Shown one piece after another: positions 32,337 through 41,308 of a stretch of DNA of 47,700 bases (positions are counted from its first letter, which is position 1; each line of letters starts with the position of its first letter). The stretch is from an uncultured bacterium (lineage in GTDB: Bacteria > Patescibacteriota > Minisyncoccia > Phycocordibacterales > UBA9973): positions 1 through 47,700 of the forward strand of contig CAISUD010000041.1 of the NCBI GenBank assembly GCA_903888625.1, written 5' to 3'. A model generated the notes under the pieces. The model had not been told where the DNA came from and did not search any database. It worked only from the letters and a program-made list of their open reading frames with translations. The position numbers and the translations under genes were made by a program.

Positions 32337-34691
32337 CTATTTCTTGTTTTCTTTCTTGGCATCTTCTGGGACAACGTCGTCTGCAGAACAGACTCCAGAG
32401 ACACAAGCAAATTCCTTAGAACCAACGGTATTGTCTTCTTGTTCGTAATACATTAATTTAGAAAAATCTATATATTTTATTTCTTTTATTCTTCGATCGT
32501 ATTCTTCTTTTGAAATTTCTTCATATGGAGCTAGTTGGTAAACGTGTTCAGATCTTGGCAAAAATGAAAGCCCGCCGACAATATCCCAATTTTCGTAAAC
32601 AAAATTAGCAACTTTAATCCATTCATCTGAACCAACATAGATAGTAACTGAAGGATTGTGTTCAATATAATTTACTTTTAATTTTTTCCATTCTTCTAAT
32701 AAATCGATAGCCGAAACTTCGTTTCGAGTGATAGCACCTTCTGGAGCTTTAAGTGGAAATTCTAGAACTGCTACTGTGGAATTGGCGGTAGAATAACCAA
32801 CTTCTGGCTTCCAAGGCACGCCTTGATCTTTCATTAATTCAAAGAGTGAATCGTTGGTAGCGATCCGTACTCGACGAATAAAATATTTTCCAAACCAAGG
32901 ATGCATTCCAGAACCAACATACAACATCTGTCCTGAATTGCCATGTGGTTTGATCGTAGTAATACAAGTTGCCTGATTGATACCGAACTTCCTGGCATAT
33001 TCTTTATTTACTTTTATTGATTCTTCACGTAATTCATTTAAAACTTTTTCAGTTCGAATGAGTTTATTGTCATAATATCCTGTAATTGAAACACCAAGCA
33101 GTGCTTCAGCCTGGCAATTTTCTTTCCACTCTTTAGACAAATAACCAAAATGAGTAAGCGTTGCCTGATAGGTACCTAAAATAGTAGAAAGTCTAATTTT
33201 TCTTTTTAAATCTAAAACAGTATCCTTTGGACGAACTACAATAGACGTAAGATTACAAAATTGTTTTGAACGGAGGGTAATTTCTCCACAAGGGTTTGAC
33301 CCAGGTAAACCGACAATCACATTTTGGTCGTCAATAATCCCAGCATCTTTCCAATTATCGATTCGGCGTTTTGGAAGTTGAGTCATTAAACCTCCGCGGT
33401 TAAAAATCCCTCTCTCACCAGTGCCAGATTTCATGAGCTCAATCCATTCATTTAAAAATTCAGAAGCAGTTGGTTTTTGATTATAAACTGCAGAATTGTT
33501 GGCCATTGAACGCTGGCCATTCTCAATCCAAAATTGGCCTTGTTTTGATTTACGCATTGATTCATCATCAATATCTGAAAGTGAAATAAGTGCACTACGA
33601 CGAACTCCTCCAGCAACGACAATCAAACCAATCTGACAAATGATGTCGTGCAAATCTAAGTTGGTTAATCTTTTTCCTTGGCGAGCTAATATTTTTGTTT
33701 TAGTAAAATTAAGTACATCGATAAGTGGTTGTGGACCAGAAGCTCGGCCACCAGCAACTTTTAATCTAGCACCAGCCGGACGAACTTGAGAAAAATCAAA
33801 AGAAAGATCATAACCGTCGGCCCAAGTACGACACGCAAGAACAAATGCATCCGCCCAACCTTCTTTACTATCTTCGACAACATGCGTAGCTAATTTTTTA
33901 CCAGTTTGACGTCTGATCTGTGGAAATTTTTGAACAGTCTCGGACTCAACAGAAAAACCAAGTCCCGCTCCGCACATCAAGATGTACATTATTTCTCCTA
34001 AATCTTGCCAAGCTGTCGGAGCCACGAAAGAACAATTGTATGCCCAAACATTCGTCTTGCGACAAGCTTCTCCAGCTGACCAAAGTAAACGCATTGAAGG
34101 ACAAATTTCTTGTTTCAAGATTCCTTCACGTAAATCAATTGCATCTTTTTCCGAAAGTTTTTTGCCGAGATTTTCTTTCATATATGCCATAAAACGATCA
34201 ATCGTTTCTACCCATGTCTCACGTCGGCCCAATTCATCTTGCCATTTTGAATAAGTTCGATAAAAAATAAACTCTTCGTAAGAACCTTTAAAGTACGAAC
34301 TTGATTCTTCAAAAACTTTTTTATTTTCGGCTGGTACAATCCCGACTTCTTTGCGAAGTTCGGCTCTCTTGGAACGATACAGGATATAGGATTTAGCTGT
34401 CAAAAAGTATCCGAGATCCATCAATTCGGCTTCTACCATATCTTGAATCATTTCTACACTTGGTAAAAATTTTTTTTCTTTATTTTCATTTTTTAAATCA
34501 AGTAATTTACGAAAAGTTTTGTTGGCAACCTTTTCAGCATCTTTTAATACTCCTTCAGAAGTAGTGATGAAGGCTTTATTTACTGCATCGATAATTTTTT
34601 CTATACTAAAGAGAATGATTTCCCCTTCTCGATTTCGAACTTTTTTAATTTGACTTAACTCTTGCTTTGTTAGGGGTTCATCTTTTTTCAT
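32337..34691 (-). CDS. nrdJ: Class II (adenosylcobalamin-dependent) ribonucleoside-triphosphate reductase with an N-terminal ATP-cone
   Basis: 784 aa. It has an ATP-cone-like N-terminus (VRNREGEIILFSIEKIIDAV), an RNR core with the active-site segment NPCGEI, and a C-terminal Cys pair CVSGVC. Confidence 0.8.
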   Translation of the reverse strand: MKKDEPLTKQELSQIKKVRNREGEIILFSIEKIIDAVNKAFITTSEGVLKDAEKVANKTFRKLLDLKNENKEKKFLPSVEMIQDMVEAELMDLGYFLTAKSYILYRSKRAELRKEVGIVPAENKKVFEESSSYFKGSYEEFIFYRTYSKWQDELGRRETWVETIDRFMAYMKENLGKKLSEKDAIDLREGILKQEICPSMRLLWSAGEACRKTNVWAYNCSFVAPTAWQDLGEIMYILMCGAGLGFSVESETVQKFPQIRRQTGKKLATHVVEDSKEGWADAFVLACRTWADGYDLSFDFSQVRPAGARLKVAGGRASGPQPLIDVLNFTKTKILARQGKRLTNLDLHDIICQIGLIVVAGGVRRSALISLSDIDDESMRKSKQGQFWIENGQRSMANNSAVYNQKPTASEFLNEWIELMKSGTGERGIFNRGGLMTQLPKRRIDNWKDAGIIDDQNVIVGLPGSNPCGEITLRSKQFCNLTSIVVRPKDTVLDLKRKIRLSTILGTYQATLTHFGYLSKEWKENCQAEALLGVSITGYYDNKLIRTEKVLNELREESIKVNKEYARKFGINQATCITTIKPHGNSGQMLYVGSGMHPWFGKYFIRRVRIATNDSLFELMKDQGVPWKPEVGYSTANSTVAVLEFPLKAPEGAITRNEVSAIDLLEEWKKLKVNYIEHNPSVTIYVGSDEWIKVANFVYENWDIVGGLSFLPRSEHVYQLAPYEEISKEEYDRRIKEIKYIDFSKLMYYEQEDNTVGSKEFACVSGVCSADDVVPEDAKKENKK

Positions 34692-34824
34692 ATGAACTAT
34701 TTTACTCCTAAAAACAAATTTTTCCTAGCGAAAAATCGGGGAAAAAGGTAAAAAACCTATCAAGAAAACAATTCGTTCCCTCTGTAAATAGTCCCCATTT
34801 TTTGGGCTTTGATAGTAAGGATTT

Positions 34825-35301
34825 TTAAGGTAAAAATTGTACCAAATCTCCAACTTTTAAATTATTCTTTTGCGAAAAATCACTCTCTACTTCTAAAACA
34901 TACAGAGAGTCGCTTGTAGGAGTAAAAACCCCTGGATAAGATTCGGGGGTTGCATTTTTTTTAATAAATACTATGTGTAAATTTTCATCTAACCAAATAA
35001 TATCGATTGGGAAATTCATCTTCGGCATCCAAAAAGAATATTTACTTGGTTTTTCAAAAATAAAAAGCATCCCTTCGTCATCTCCCAAACTTTTTCTACC
35101 AGAGAGTCCTTGTTCTTGTTCCTCACTCGTCCTCGCTAACTCCACTTTTACTTTCTGCCCACCAATTTCTACATATTGAATTTTATTTATCACAGAATTT
35201 TCAACTAGTTTCACTTCTCGAGAATTTTTAACTAAAAAGACAACTGAAATTCCTAAAAAAATAATTATTACAGCAAAATAGAAATATTTTTTAAATTTCA
35301 T
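34825..35301 (-). CDS. DUF192 domain protein
   Basis: 158 aa with an N-terminal TM. GLSGR...GMLFIF...FWMPKMNFPIDIIWLD matches the DUF192 signature. Confidence 0.75.
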   Translation of the reverse strand: MKFKKYFYFAVIIIFLGISVVFLVKNSREVKLVENSVINKIQYVEIGGQKVKVELARTSEEQEQGLSGRKSLGDDEGMLFIFEKPSKYSFWMPKMNFPIDIIWLDENLHIVFIKKNATPESYPGVFTPTSDSLYVLEVESDFSQKNNLKVGDLVQFLP

Positions 35302-36197
35302 TAAATTTTATTTATCGGTTTACCTTTTATATATGCTTCGATATTATCAATCATCATTTCATTTGCTTTTCTATCAGTAACATCAGTATTATAAGCGATG
35401 TGTGGTGTAGCTAAAACTTTTGAATGTGTAGAAAATTTTAAATAAAAAGGATCTTGAGTATCCCCAACTTGAATTGATCCACAATCAATTGCAACTCCAG
35501 CTAAAATATTTTTATCTAAAGCTTCAAGCATAGACTCTACATCATATATTTTAGAACTAGTCACAGTTATGAAATACGAGCTCTTTTTAAAAGAATTAAA
35601 GAATCCTTTATTTAGTAAACCTTCAGTTGTTTCATTTGAACCTAAGGTATCAACAACCACATCAGCGTTTTTTATTGATTCAATCAGATTGTCATTTTTT
35701 GTAAAATACTTAACATCCATTTCTAACGCCTCACATATTTTACCAACCCTGGAGCCTACATTACCTTTACCTAAAATTGTAATATTTTTACCAACTAATC
35801 CTTTTGTCTCCTTTGGAATACTGTCTGATTCTTTTTTATTTATCCAATCTGGTAAATCTCTTAATAGATTAAGAATCATTGCAATTATCCATTCACTTAC
35901 TGCTTCTTTATTACAACCAGGACAATTGGAAACCTTAATATTTTTTTCTTTTAATAAATCTTTATTTAAAAAATCTGTTGCAACGAATGGCAAGGACAGA
36001 AAAGTATTTTCTAGTTCTTGATATTTAAGTTTTAATCCAAATTTTCCTGAACAAATAACATCTGCTCCTTTACATCTTTCTAGCCAACCTTCCGGTGATT
36101 TTGGTAAGTCTTCGTAATACTTTACTTCACCTAATTTATTTAGTCTTTCTCGTTCTTCATTATTTAAACCCAAGTCTTGAGTAACTACTATTTTCAT
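35301..36197 (-). CDS. D-isomer-specific 2-hydroxyacid dehydrogenase family protein
   Basis: 298 aa. The NAD-binding loop is ILGKGNVGSRVG. The catalytic His lies in the context TPHIAYNT. Confidence 0.8.
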   Translation of the reverse strand: MKIVVTQDLGLNNEERERLNKLGEVKYYEDLPKSPEGWLERCKGADVICSGKFGLKLKYQELENTFLSLPFVATDFLNKDLLKEKNIKVSNCPGCNKEAVSEWIIAMILNLLRDLPDWINKKESDSIPKETKGLVGKNITILGKGNVGSRVGKICEALEMDVKYFTKNDNLIESIKNADVVVDTLGSNETTEGLLNKGFFNSFKKSSYFITVTSSKIYDVESMLEALDKNILAGVAIDCGSIQVGDTQDPFYLKFSTHSKVLATPHIAYNTDVTDRKANEMMIDNIEAYIKGKPINKI

Positions 36198-36258
36198 ATA
36201 GTTTATAATACAAAAATAATCTTAAAAATACAACTACGTATTTGAATAATACTAGAAT

Positions 36259-36284
36259 ACATATTTACGCTATAGCGTATATGT
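36259..36284. promoter_or_regulatory. Palindromic candidate operator, downstream copy
   Basis: acatatttacgctatagcgtatat has the perfect core TACGCTATAGCGTA. It is identical over 24 nt to 36694-36717 and lies upstream of the dehydrogenase gene. Confidence 0.5.
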
Positions 36285-36302
36285 GTATAAAGTAAAAAAT
36301 AA

Positions 36303-36671
36303 TTATTGTTTTTCTGTATACGGTTTAGCTAATTTAAACGTTTTAAAATTATCACTAATTTTTATTTCTTTTAGATAGTCTAAAAATTCTTTCGGTAAGG
36401 GTGATGGACCAACCCAAACACTTCTTTGAACCATTATAAAATTAAAATTTTTTAACTGCCGGCGGAACCAATCTCTGTCCTTTTTCATCTCCTCTGGTAT
36501 ATCATATATTAATAGTAAATTTTTTGGAGCACTTTTAGAAAATTCAGATACAAAAGAAATATTGTAAAAATTTCTTTTTCTGTTTTTCTTTTTTACTCGA
36601 TCACTTTTATTAGAATCAATAATTGGTAAACCAAGTAAATTCACTTTTATTCCTTTGTAATATGGTGTCAT
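36303..36671 (-). CDS. PaaX C-terminal-like / Cas2-fold protein (short, no wHTH)
   Basis: 122 aa. LLIYDIPEEMKKDRDWFRRQLKNFNFIMVQRSVWVGPSPLP is a paralog of the C-terminus of 46796..47287. Confidence 0.6.
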   Translation of the reverse strand: MTPYYKGIKVNLLGLPIIDSNKSDRVKKKNRKRNFYNISFVSEFSKSAPKNLLLIYDIPEEMKKDRDWFRRQLKNFNFIMVQRSVWVGPSPLPKEFLDYLKEIKISDNFKTFKLAKPYTEKQ

Positions 36672-36693
36672 AGATAAATGATTACTACAATTT

Positions 36694-36719
36694 ACATATT
36701 TACGCTATAGCGTATATAT
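36694..36719. promoter_or_regulatory. Palindromic candidate operator, upstream copy
   Basis: The same 24-mer as 36259-36282. It lies in the promoter region of 36303..36671. Confidence 0.5.
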
Positions 36720-36742
36720 GTAATTAATTACTAAAAATATTT

Positions 36743-38146
36743 TTATTTACTATCCCCATTCCAACCAAAGAGTTTGCCGATAGATTCGGCAGTTTCACGT
36801 TTACGAATGACTTTGGCTTCTCCGTCTTGAGCTAAAATTTTGACTGGTTCAGAAAGCAAACAATGATGTGAAGACAAACTATCTTGATAGGCTCCAGTAT
36901 CGAGTACAGCAATATATTGATCTTCATCTTCCGAAAGTTTTGGCATCAAAATATAATTTCCACCAGCTGTATATTTGTCGTCAGAATCACAAGTACTACC
37001 TGCAAGCCAAACTGTTTTTAATTTAGCATCCATATTGTTGACAGGTATTGCATGCCACTTCTGATGAATCGTCCAAGTATCTTTCAAGTCATTGATAAAA
37101 CTACCATCTATCACATACCAAGCTTTGGCATTGGCTTTTGGAATATATTTTTTGGAAATTACTTTATAAATTGTCACTTGAGAAGGAGCGACAATATATT
37201 GCCCCCACTCTACTGCAAGGTTTGGATGTCTGATGCCTGCTTTGTCGGATAAATTTTTCAACATTTTTATCATTTTACTAGAAACATTTTTTGCTGTATA
37301 AAACTTTTTCTTTTCATAAGGAACTCCGAAACCACCACCGATATTTAAAGTATCTAGATTTGGATGCGTTTTTTGTAACTCTACATAAATACTAAAAGCA
37401 TGCTTGATCCCATCAAAAATACTTTTTTGAGTTTTAATTTGAGAACCCAAATGATAATGCATAACTTTCAAATTCTTCATTTTAGAAAGATCAAGTACCG
37501 ATTTTTCAGAAAGACCAAAACGGTCAAATTTTTTATCCCAATGAGTATCGGCTTTAACATCTAAATCAACTCGAACACCAATATCACCTTTATATTTTGA
37601 AAGTCTTTCAATCTCTTCTTCTCCTTCAATGATTGGAACAATATTCATCCCTTTGGCTCGTAATTCTTCTACTAAATCTAAATACTGATCTGTTTTTGGA
37701 CCATTACAAAAAATTCGCATTTTGGTATTAAATTTCTCCCCCTCCCAAAGTTTTTTCACAATCCAAAGTTCATTGGCTGAAGAAACTTCTAAATTCGCGC
37801 CTTCAGAAAGGAGTGGCATGATAAATTCTTTATTCTGATTTACCTTCATCGGATAATGATAGAAAAATTTTCCTTTGTAACCGTATATTTTCATATACGC
37901 TTGGAAATAGCCGATCAAATCTTTTAATCGGTCTTCAATAATAAAGGGGAAAATCACCTGCAAGGGTGTGCCGTATTTTTTAGCTAGTCCTTTTAAGTTG
38001 TAAATATTATGACCTTCTGAAACTGTCAGATCGCCATCTTTACTAACATTAAAAAACTGCGTGTTCCACTCTTCAACTCCCAGTTTCCAAAATTTTCTCC
38101 AATTATGCCCGTTCTTTTTTAGCTTTTTCTTTTTTGTCTTATCCAT
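36743..38146 (-). CDS. PLP-dependent Orn/DAP/Arg decarboxylase family protein, SpeA-like (short arginine decarboxylase)
   Basis: 467 aa. The PLP-Lys context is YPMKVNQN. Other family motifs are HYHLGSQ, GGGFGVPY and the active-site Cys in STCDSDD. The SpeA-like N-terminus reads W..QFFNVSKDGDLTV. Confidence 0.75.
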   Translation of the reverse strand: MDKTKKKKLKKNGHNWRKFWKLGVEEWNTQFFNVSKDGDLTVSEGHNIYNLKGLAKKYGTPLQVIFPFIIEDRLKDLIGYFQAYMKIYGYKGKFFYHYPMKVNQNKEFIMPLLSEGANLEVSSANELWIVKKLWEGEKFNTKMRIFCNGPKTDQYLDLVEELRAKGMNIVPIIEGEEEIERLSKYKGDIGVRVDLDVKADTHWDKKFDRFGLSEKSVLDLSKMKNLKVMHYHLGSQIKTQKSIFDGIKHAFSIYVELQKTHPNLDTLNIGGGFGVPYEKKKFYTAKNVSSKMIKMLKNLSDKAGIRHPNLAVEWGQYIVAPSQVTIYKVISKKYIPKANAKAWYVIDGSFINDLKDTWTIHQKWHAIPVNNMDAKLKTVWLAGSTCDSDDKYTAGGNYILMPKLSEDEDQYIAVLDTGAYQDSLSSHHCLLSEPVKILAQDGEAKVIRKRETAESIGKLFGWNGDSK

Positions 38147-38195
38147 CGAATTATTTTACTAGTATAACAACCTTGAAAAATAGTGCAAGGGGTTT

Positions 38196-39518
38196 TTAAC
38201 TCAAATATTCTCGCAAAAATTGTTCTTTAAATTCGTAAAAATTATCATCCAAAATCGACTGGCGAATTTTCTTTACTAAATTAGTAATGAAATATAAATT
38301 ATGAATTGAAGCAAGCGTCCCTGCTAACATTTCTTTGCCGTGGAAAAGGTGGGCGATATAGGCTCGAGAGTAAAAACCCCCTAAATCCCCCTTGTCAGGG
38401 GGACTTTTCCTGTTTCCACCACAAGTATAACATCCACAATCTTTTTCAATTGGCGTAAAATCATTTCGAAATTTTGTGTTGGTAATACTTATTTTTCCAC
38501 TCTTGGTATAAATTGTACCGTTACGTCCTAGGCGGGTCGGCAAAACACAATCAAATAAATCCACTCCATTTTCTATTCCCATAAATAAATCCTCTGGTTC
38601 ACCGATGCCGAGCAAGTGCCGTGGTTTTTCTTCTGGCAGTATTTCATTCACCCACCGGACAGCCGAAGACATATCCTCTTTCGCAAAACTTCCACCGATA
38701 CCGAAACCGTCAAAATATTTTCCATCAATATTTATTTCTGAAATTATTTTGGCAGATTTTTTTCGCAAAGATTCTTCCCTACCACCTTGCACAATGCCAA
38801 ATAAAGCGGGAGAAATTTGCTCAGGCGAACGGTCTGGCCGAGCGTACTCGCGAGGAGAACCGAGGACATGAGAATGAGCAAATTTCTCCTGCTTTAACTT
38901 TAGATGCTCTTTTAAACTCCTCTCTGCCCAAGCATGGGTTCGCTCCAGTGCTTCTTCTTGATATTTCAAATCCTCTGCCGGGCTCGTACATTCATCAAAA
39001 GCAAAAATAATATCGGCTCCTAAGTTATGTTGAATCTCAATTGATTTCTCTGGAGTAATATAATGAATAGCACCATCCAAATGTGATTTAAAAGAAACTC
39101 CATCTTGCCCGATTTTTGCTAGCCGTGGCGCATCACTATCATCAAAACGCTCGGGTATCAAAAGCGAAGGGTCAGTTATTTTGGTAATTTTTGAAATATC
39201 TTTTCCATAAGCAACTCCTAACGAAAAAACTTGGAAGCCTCCAGAGTCGGTCATCGTGGGACCCGACCAATTCATAAATTTTCCAATACCTCCTGCATCT
39301 CGCACTATTTCATCTCCGGGTTGTAAATATAAATGATAAGTATTCCCAAGCACCACTTGCACTCCAGCCTCACGCACTTGTTCAGGGTTTAGTGATTTTA
39401 CAGTAGCTTTTGTCCCGACTGCAACAAAAGCCGGAGTCTCGATAACTCCATGTGGAGTTTCCAGCATCCCCACCCTCCCCAAACTATTTGCTAATTTTTT
39501 TTCGATTTTAAAATTCAT
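38196..39518 (-). CDS. tgt: tRNA-guanine transglycosylase (queuine tRNA-ribosyltransferase)
   Basis: 440 aa. Supporting motifs are GRVGMLETPHGVIETPAFVAVGT, TDSGGFQVFS, the zinc site CGCYTC...YSRAYIAHL, and LASIHNLYF. Confidence 0.93.
   Translation of the reverse strand: MNFKIEKKLANSLGRVGMLETPHGVIETPAFVAVGTKATVKSLNPEQVREAGVQVVLGNTYHLYLQPGDEIVRDAGGIGKFMNWSGPTMTDSGGFQVFSLGVAYGKDISKITKITDPSLLIPERFDDSDAPRLAKIGQDGVSFKSHLDGAIHYITPEKSIEIQHNLGADIIFAFDECTSPAEDLKYQEEALERTHAWAERSLKEHLKLKQEKFAHSHVLGSPREYARPDRSPEQISPALFGIVQGGREESLRKKSAKIISEINIDGKYFDGFGIGGSFAKEDMSSAVRWVNEILPEEKPRHLLGIGEPEDLFMGIENGVDLFDCVLPTRLGRNGTIYTKSGKISITNTKFRNDFTPIEKDCGCYTCGGNRKSPPDKGDLGGFYSRAYIAHLFHGKEMLAGTLASIHNLYFITNLVKKIRQSILDDNFYEFKEQFLREYLS
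38376..38420. repeat. 45-nt GC-rich palindrome-bearing insertion, in-frame inside tgt
   Basis: It encodes GGNRKSPPDKGDLGG between CGCYTC and FYSRAY. It contains the hairpin tccccc-ttgtca-ggggga (38386-38403). The string acccccta..ccccct..tg.c..gg.gggg resembles 27475-27504 in uvrA. Confidence 0.7.
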
Positions 39519-39543
39519 AAATTCACCTCACCCGCCCTTGGCA

Positions 39544-39568
39544 CCCTCTCCTTATTAAGTAGAGGGGG
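39544..39568. repeat. Intergenic GC-rich palindrome of the same style
   Basis: ccctct-ccttattaagt-agaggg(gg), between tgt and the Cys-rich gene. Confidence 0.5.
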
Positions 39569-39579
39569 CAGAAGTAAGA

Positions 39580-41307
39580 TTAGTACACTTCTTGTTGATA
39601 ACACTTTTCACAATAAATAATTTCTGGTCTATCAGGCGAATAACTTGTCTCAAATTCAACTTCGCATTTCTCTTCCCCGTGAAAATGATTCATTTTATCA
39701 CACATGCATAAACGATGATACAATTTTGGTTTATTGATAAATTTATATCTATCTAAAAATCGACAATTATGACATTTATGAGGAAGTGGTATGCCAATAC
39801 GTTTATAAAATTGTAATTCAATTTTAACTATTCTATAAGCTTTTTTGCATTCTTCGCAAGCAATAATTTCATTAATAATATCTTCCGACACATCATTAAT
39901 AGAATCGGGCAAATCAACGCTTTGCATTGTTGTTTGAAATTCTTTCTTGTTTGGTTCACGCCACAAAAACCCTTTTTCTTTAGCCTGTGCTGAATTTAAA
40001 GGAACATAATCTTGCGCTAAACTTTCATTATACGCTAATGGTGAAAATTCAGCTGGGAAAAACTCTCCATATTTATATCCCTTGCCCAGAGAATCAACAT
40101 ATGGGATTTCATTCATATGCTTTATAATTTTATCTCGTAATTCAAAATATTCTTCTTTTGTATATTGTTTATTAAAAATACAATACTGTTTTTTTCTTAA
40201 TCCTACACAACCAAAACAATCAGATGATCCAATACAATAACCACAATACTCAAGATCACGTGACTCTGCCCAACAATTAAAACAATATTTTAAATTATAT
40301 GCACCTTCTCCTACAGTTACACATTCATAAGCATTTTCTGCTCCCATAAAAAGCTGAACACAATCATATGAATTAGTTGCCTTTAATATACTTATCTGAA
40401 CATATCTCATATTTTCTCCTTCTTGTATTGAAACAGAATCTTTTACATTTTTAGAATCACTAATTCTCTCGCCTGTGCAATTAACATTTCGTATCCCGTG
40501 ATAATATTTTACCGGAAATTTTTGCCAAAACTCTAAAACTTCAGTTCGTAATTCAGAAATTATTTTATATGATTTTAAATTTAATTCAAATAATTTTTTG
40601 TCATATTCTTCTTTTGATAATGGTTCATTAAAAAAATAATTAGATTTTCCTCTTAAATTTACGCACCCAAAACAATTTGTACAACCACGAAGTCCTTTAC
40701 TAAACCAGACATCTACACAACTTTCACAATCTAAAGAATAAAACACTCGATAAGATTTATGCACCATAACATCTTCATAACATAATTCATCTTCTATCAC
40801 TTCATGGGAATCAAGAGTTTCCTTAATATGCGTGGCTTTAACTAAATATGCAGAGTTTTCAACAAAGTCAGCATCAAAACATAAATATGCATTACGCAGT
40901 CTTCCTGCCTCATTGCAATAATCTGAATTGATCATGAATCCAGCTGACGATTTTGCTGGTAACGGTACGGAAGATAATAAATCATAAAATTGTTTAAAAA
41001 ATGATTTCGAGAAATCGTACTCTATTCCATAATCAAGAGAGTCCCATTTATCACTATACCAATAATTATTTTCGTATGTATTTAAATTAGCTTCAGCAGG
41101 AAAACCAGAAAAAGAATCCTCGCCAGTAAGTGCATCTTTTCTACGAAATAAATTGCGTTCATTTCTCCAAACAAGCCTGCGAACCATTCTACATTCTGGA
41201 CACCATGTCGGTATCGGAATGTTCATCTTTTCATAAAAATTAAAATCATCTTGCTCGATAACAAAATCTTTTTTACAATTCTGACAAATTTTAGTTTCGT
41301 TTTGCAT
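39580..41307 (-). CDS. Cys-rich multi-zinc-ribbon protein, paralog B
   Basis: Start taken at MQNETKICQNCKK (M12 of the track ORF), 1 nt after the stop of paralog A. CxxC...CxxC modules occur at both termini, and there are many internal C..C..C repeats. It ends in CEKCYQQEVY. Confidence 0.7.
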   Translation of the reverse strand: MQNETKICQNCKKDFVIEQDDFNFYEKMNIPIPTWCPECRMVRRLVWRNERNLFRRKDALTGEDSFSGFPAEANLNTYENNYWYSDKWDSLDYGIEYDFSKSFFKQFYDLLSSVPLPAKSSAGFMINSDYCNEAGRLRNAYLCFDADFVENSAYLVKATHIKETLDSHEVIEDELCYEDVMVHKSYRVFYSLDCESCVDVWFSKGLRGCTNCFGCVNLRGKSNYFFNEPLSKEEYDKKLFELNLKSYKIISELRTEVLEFWQKFPVKYYHGIRNVNCTGERISDSKNVKDSVSIQEGENMRYVQISILKATNSYDCVQLFMGAENAYECVTVGEGAYNLKYCFNCWAESRDLEYCGYCIGSSDCFGCVGLRKKQYCIFNKQYTKEEYFELRDKIIKHMNEIPYVDSLGKGYKYGEFFPAEFSPLAYNESLAQDYVPLNSAQAKEKGFLWREPNKKEFQTTMQSVDLPDSINDVSEDIINEIIACEECKKAYRIVKIELQFYKRIGIPLPHKCHNCRFLDRYKFINKPKLYHRLCMCDKMNHFHGEEKCEVEFETSYSPDRPEIIYCEKCYQQEVY

Positions 41308-41308
41308 A

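Noticed and set aside
36303-36671. Possible Cas2 genes (36303..36671 and 46796..47287), hence a CRISPR-Cas locus.
   Set aside because: There is no CRISPR array, cas1 or other cas gene in the window. The VWVGP ending and the wHTH of the longer paralog fit PaaX-like regulators that share the Cas2 fold.
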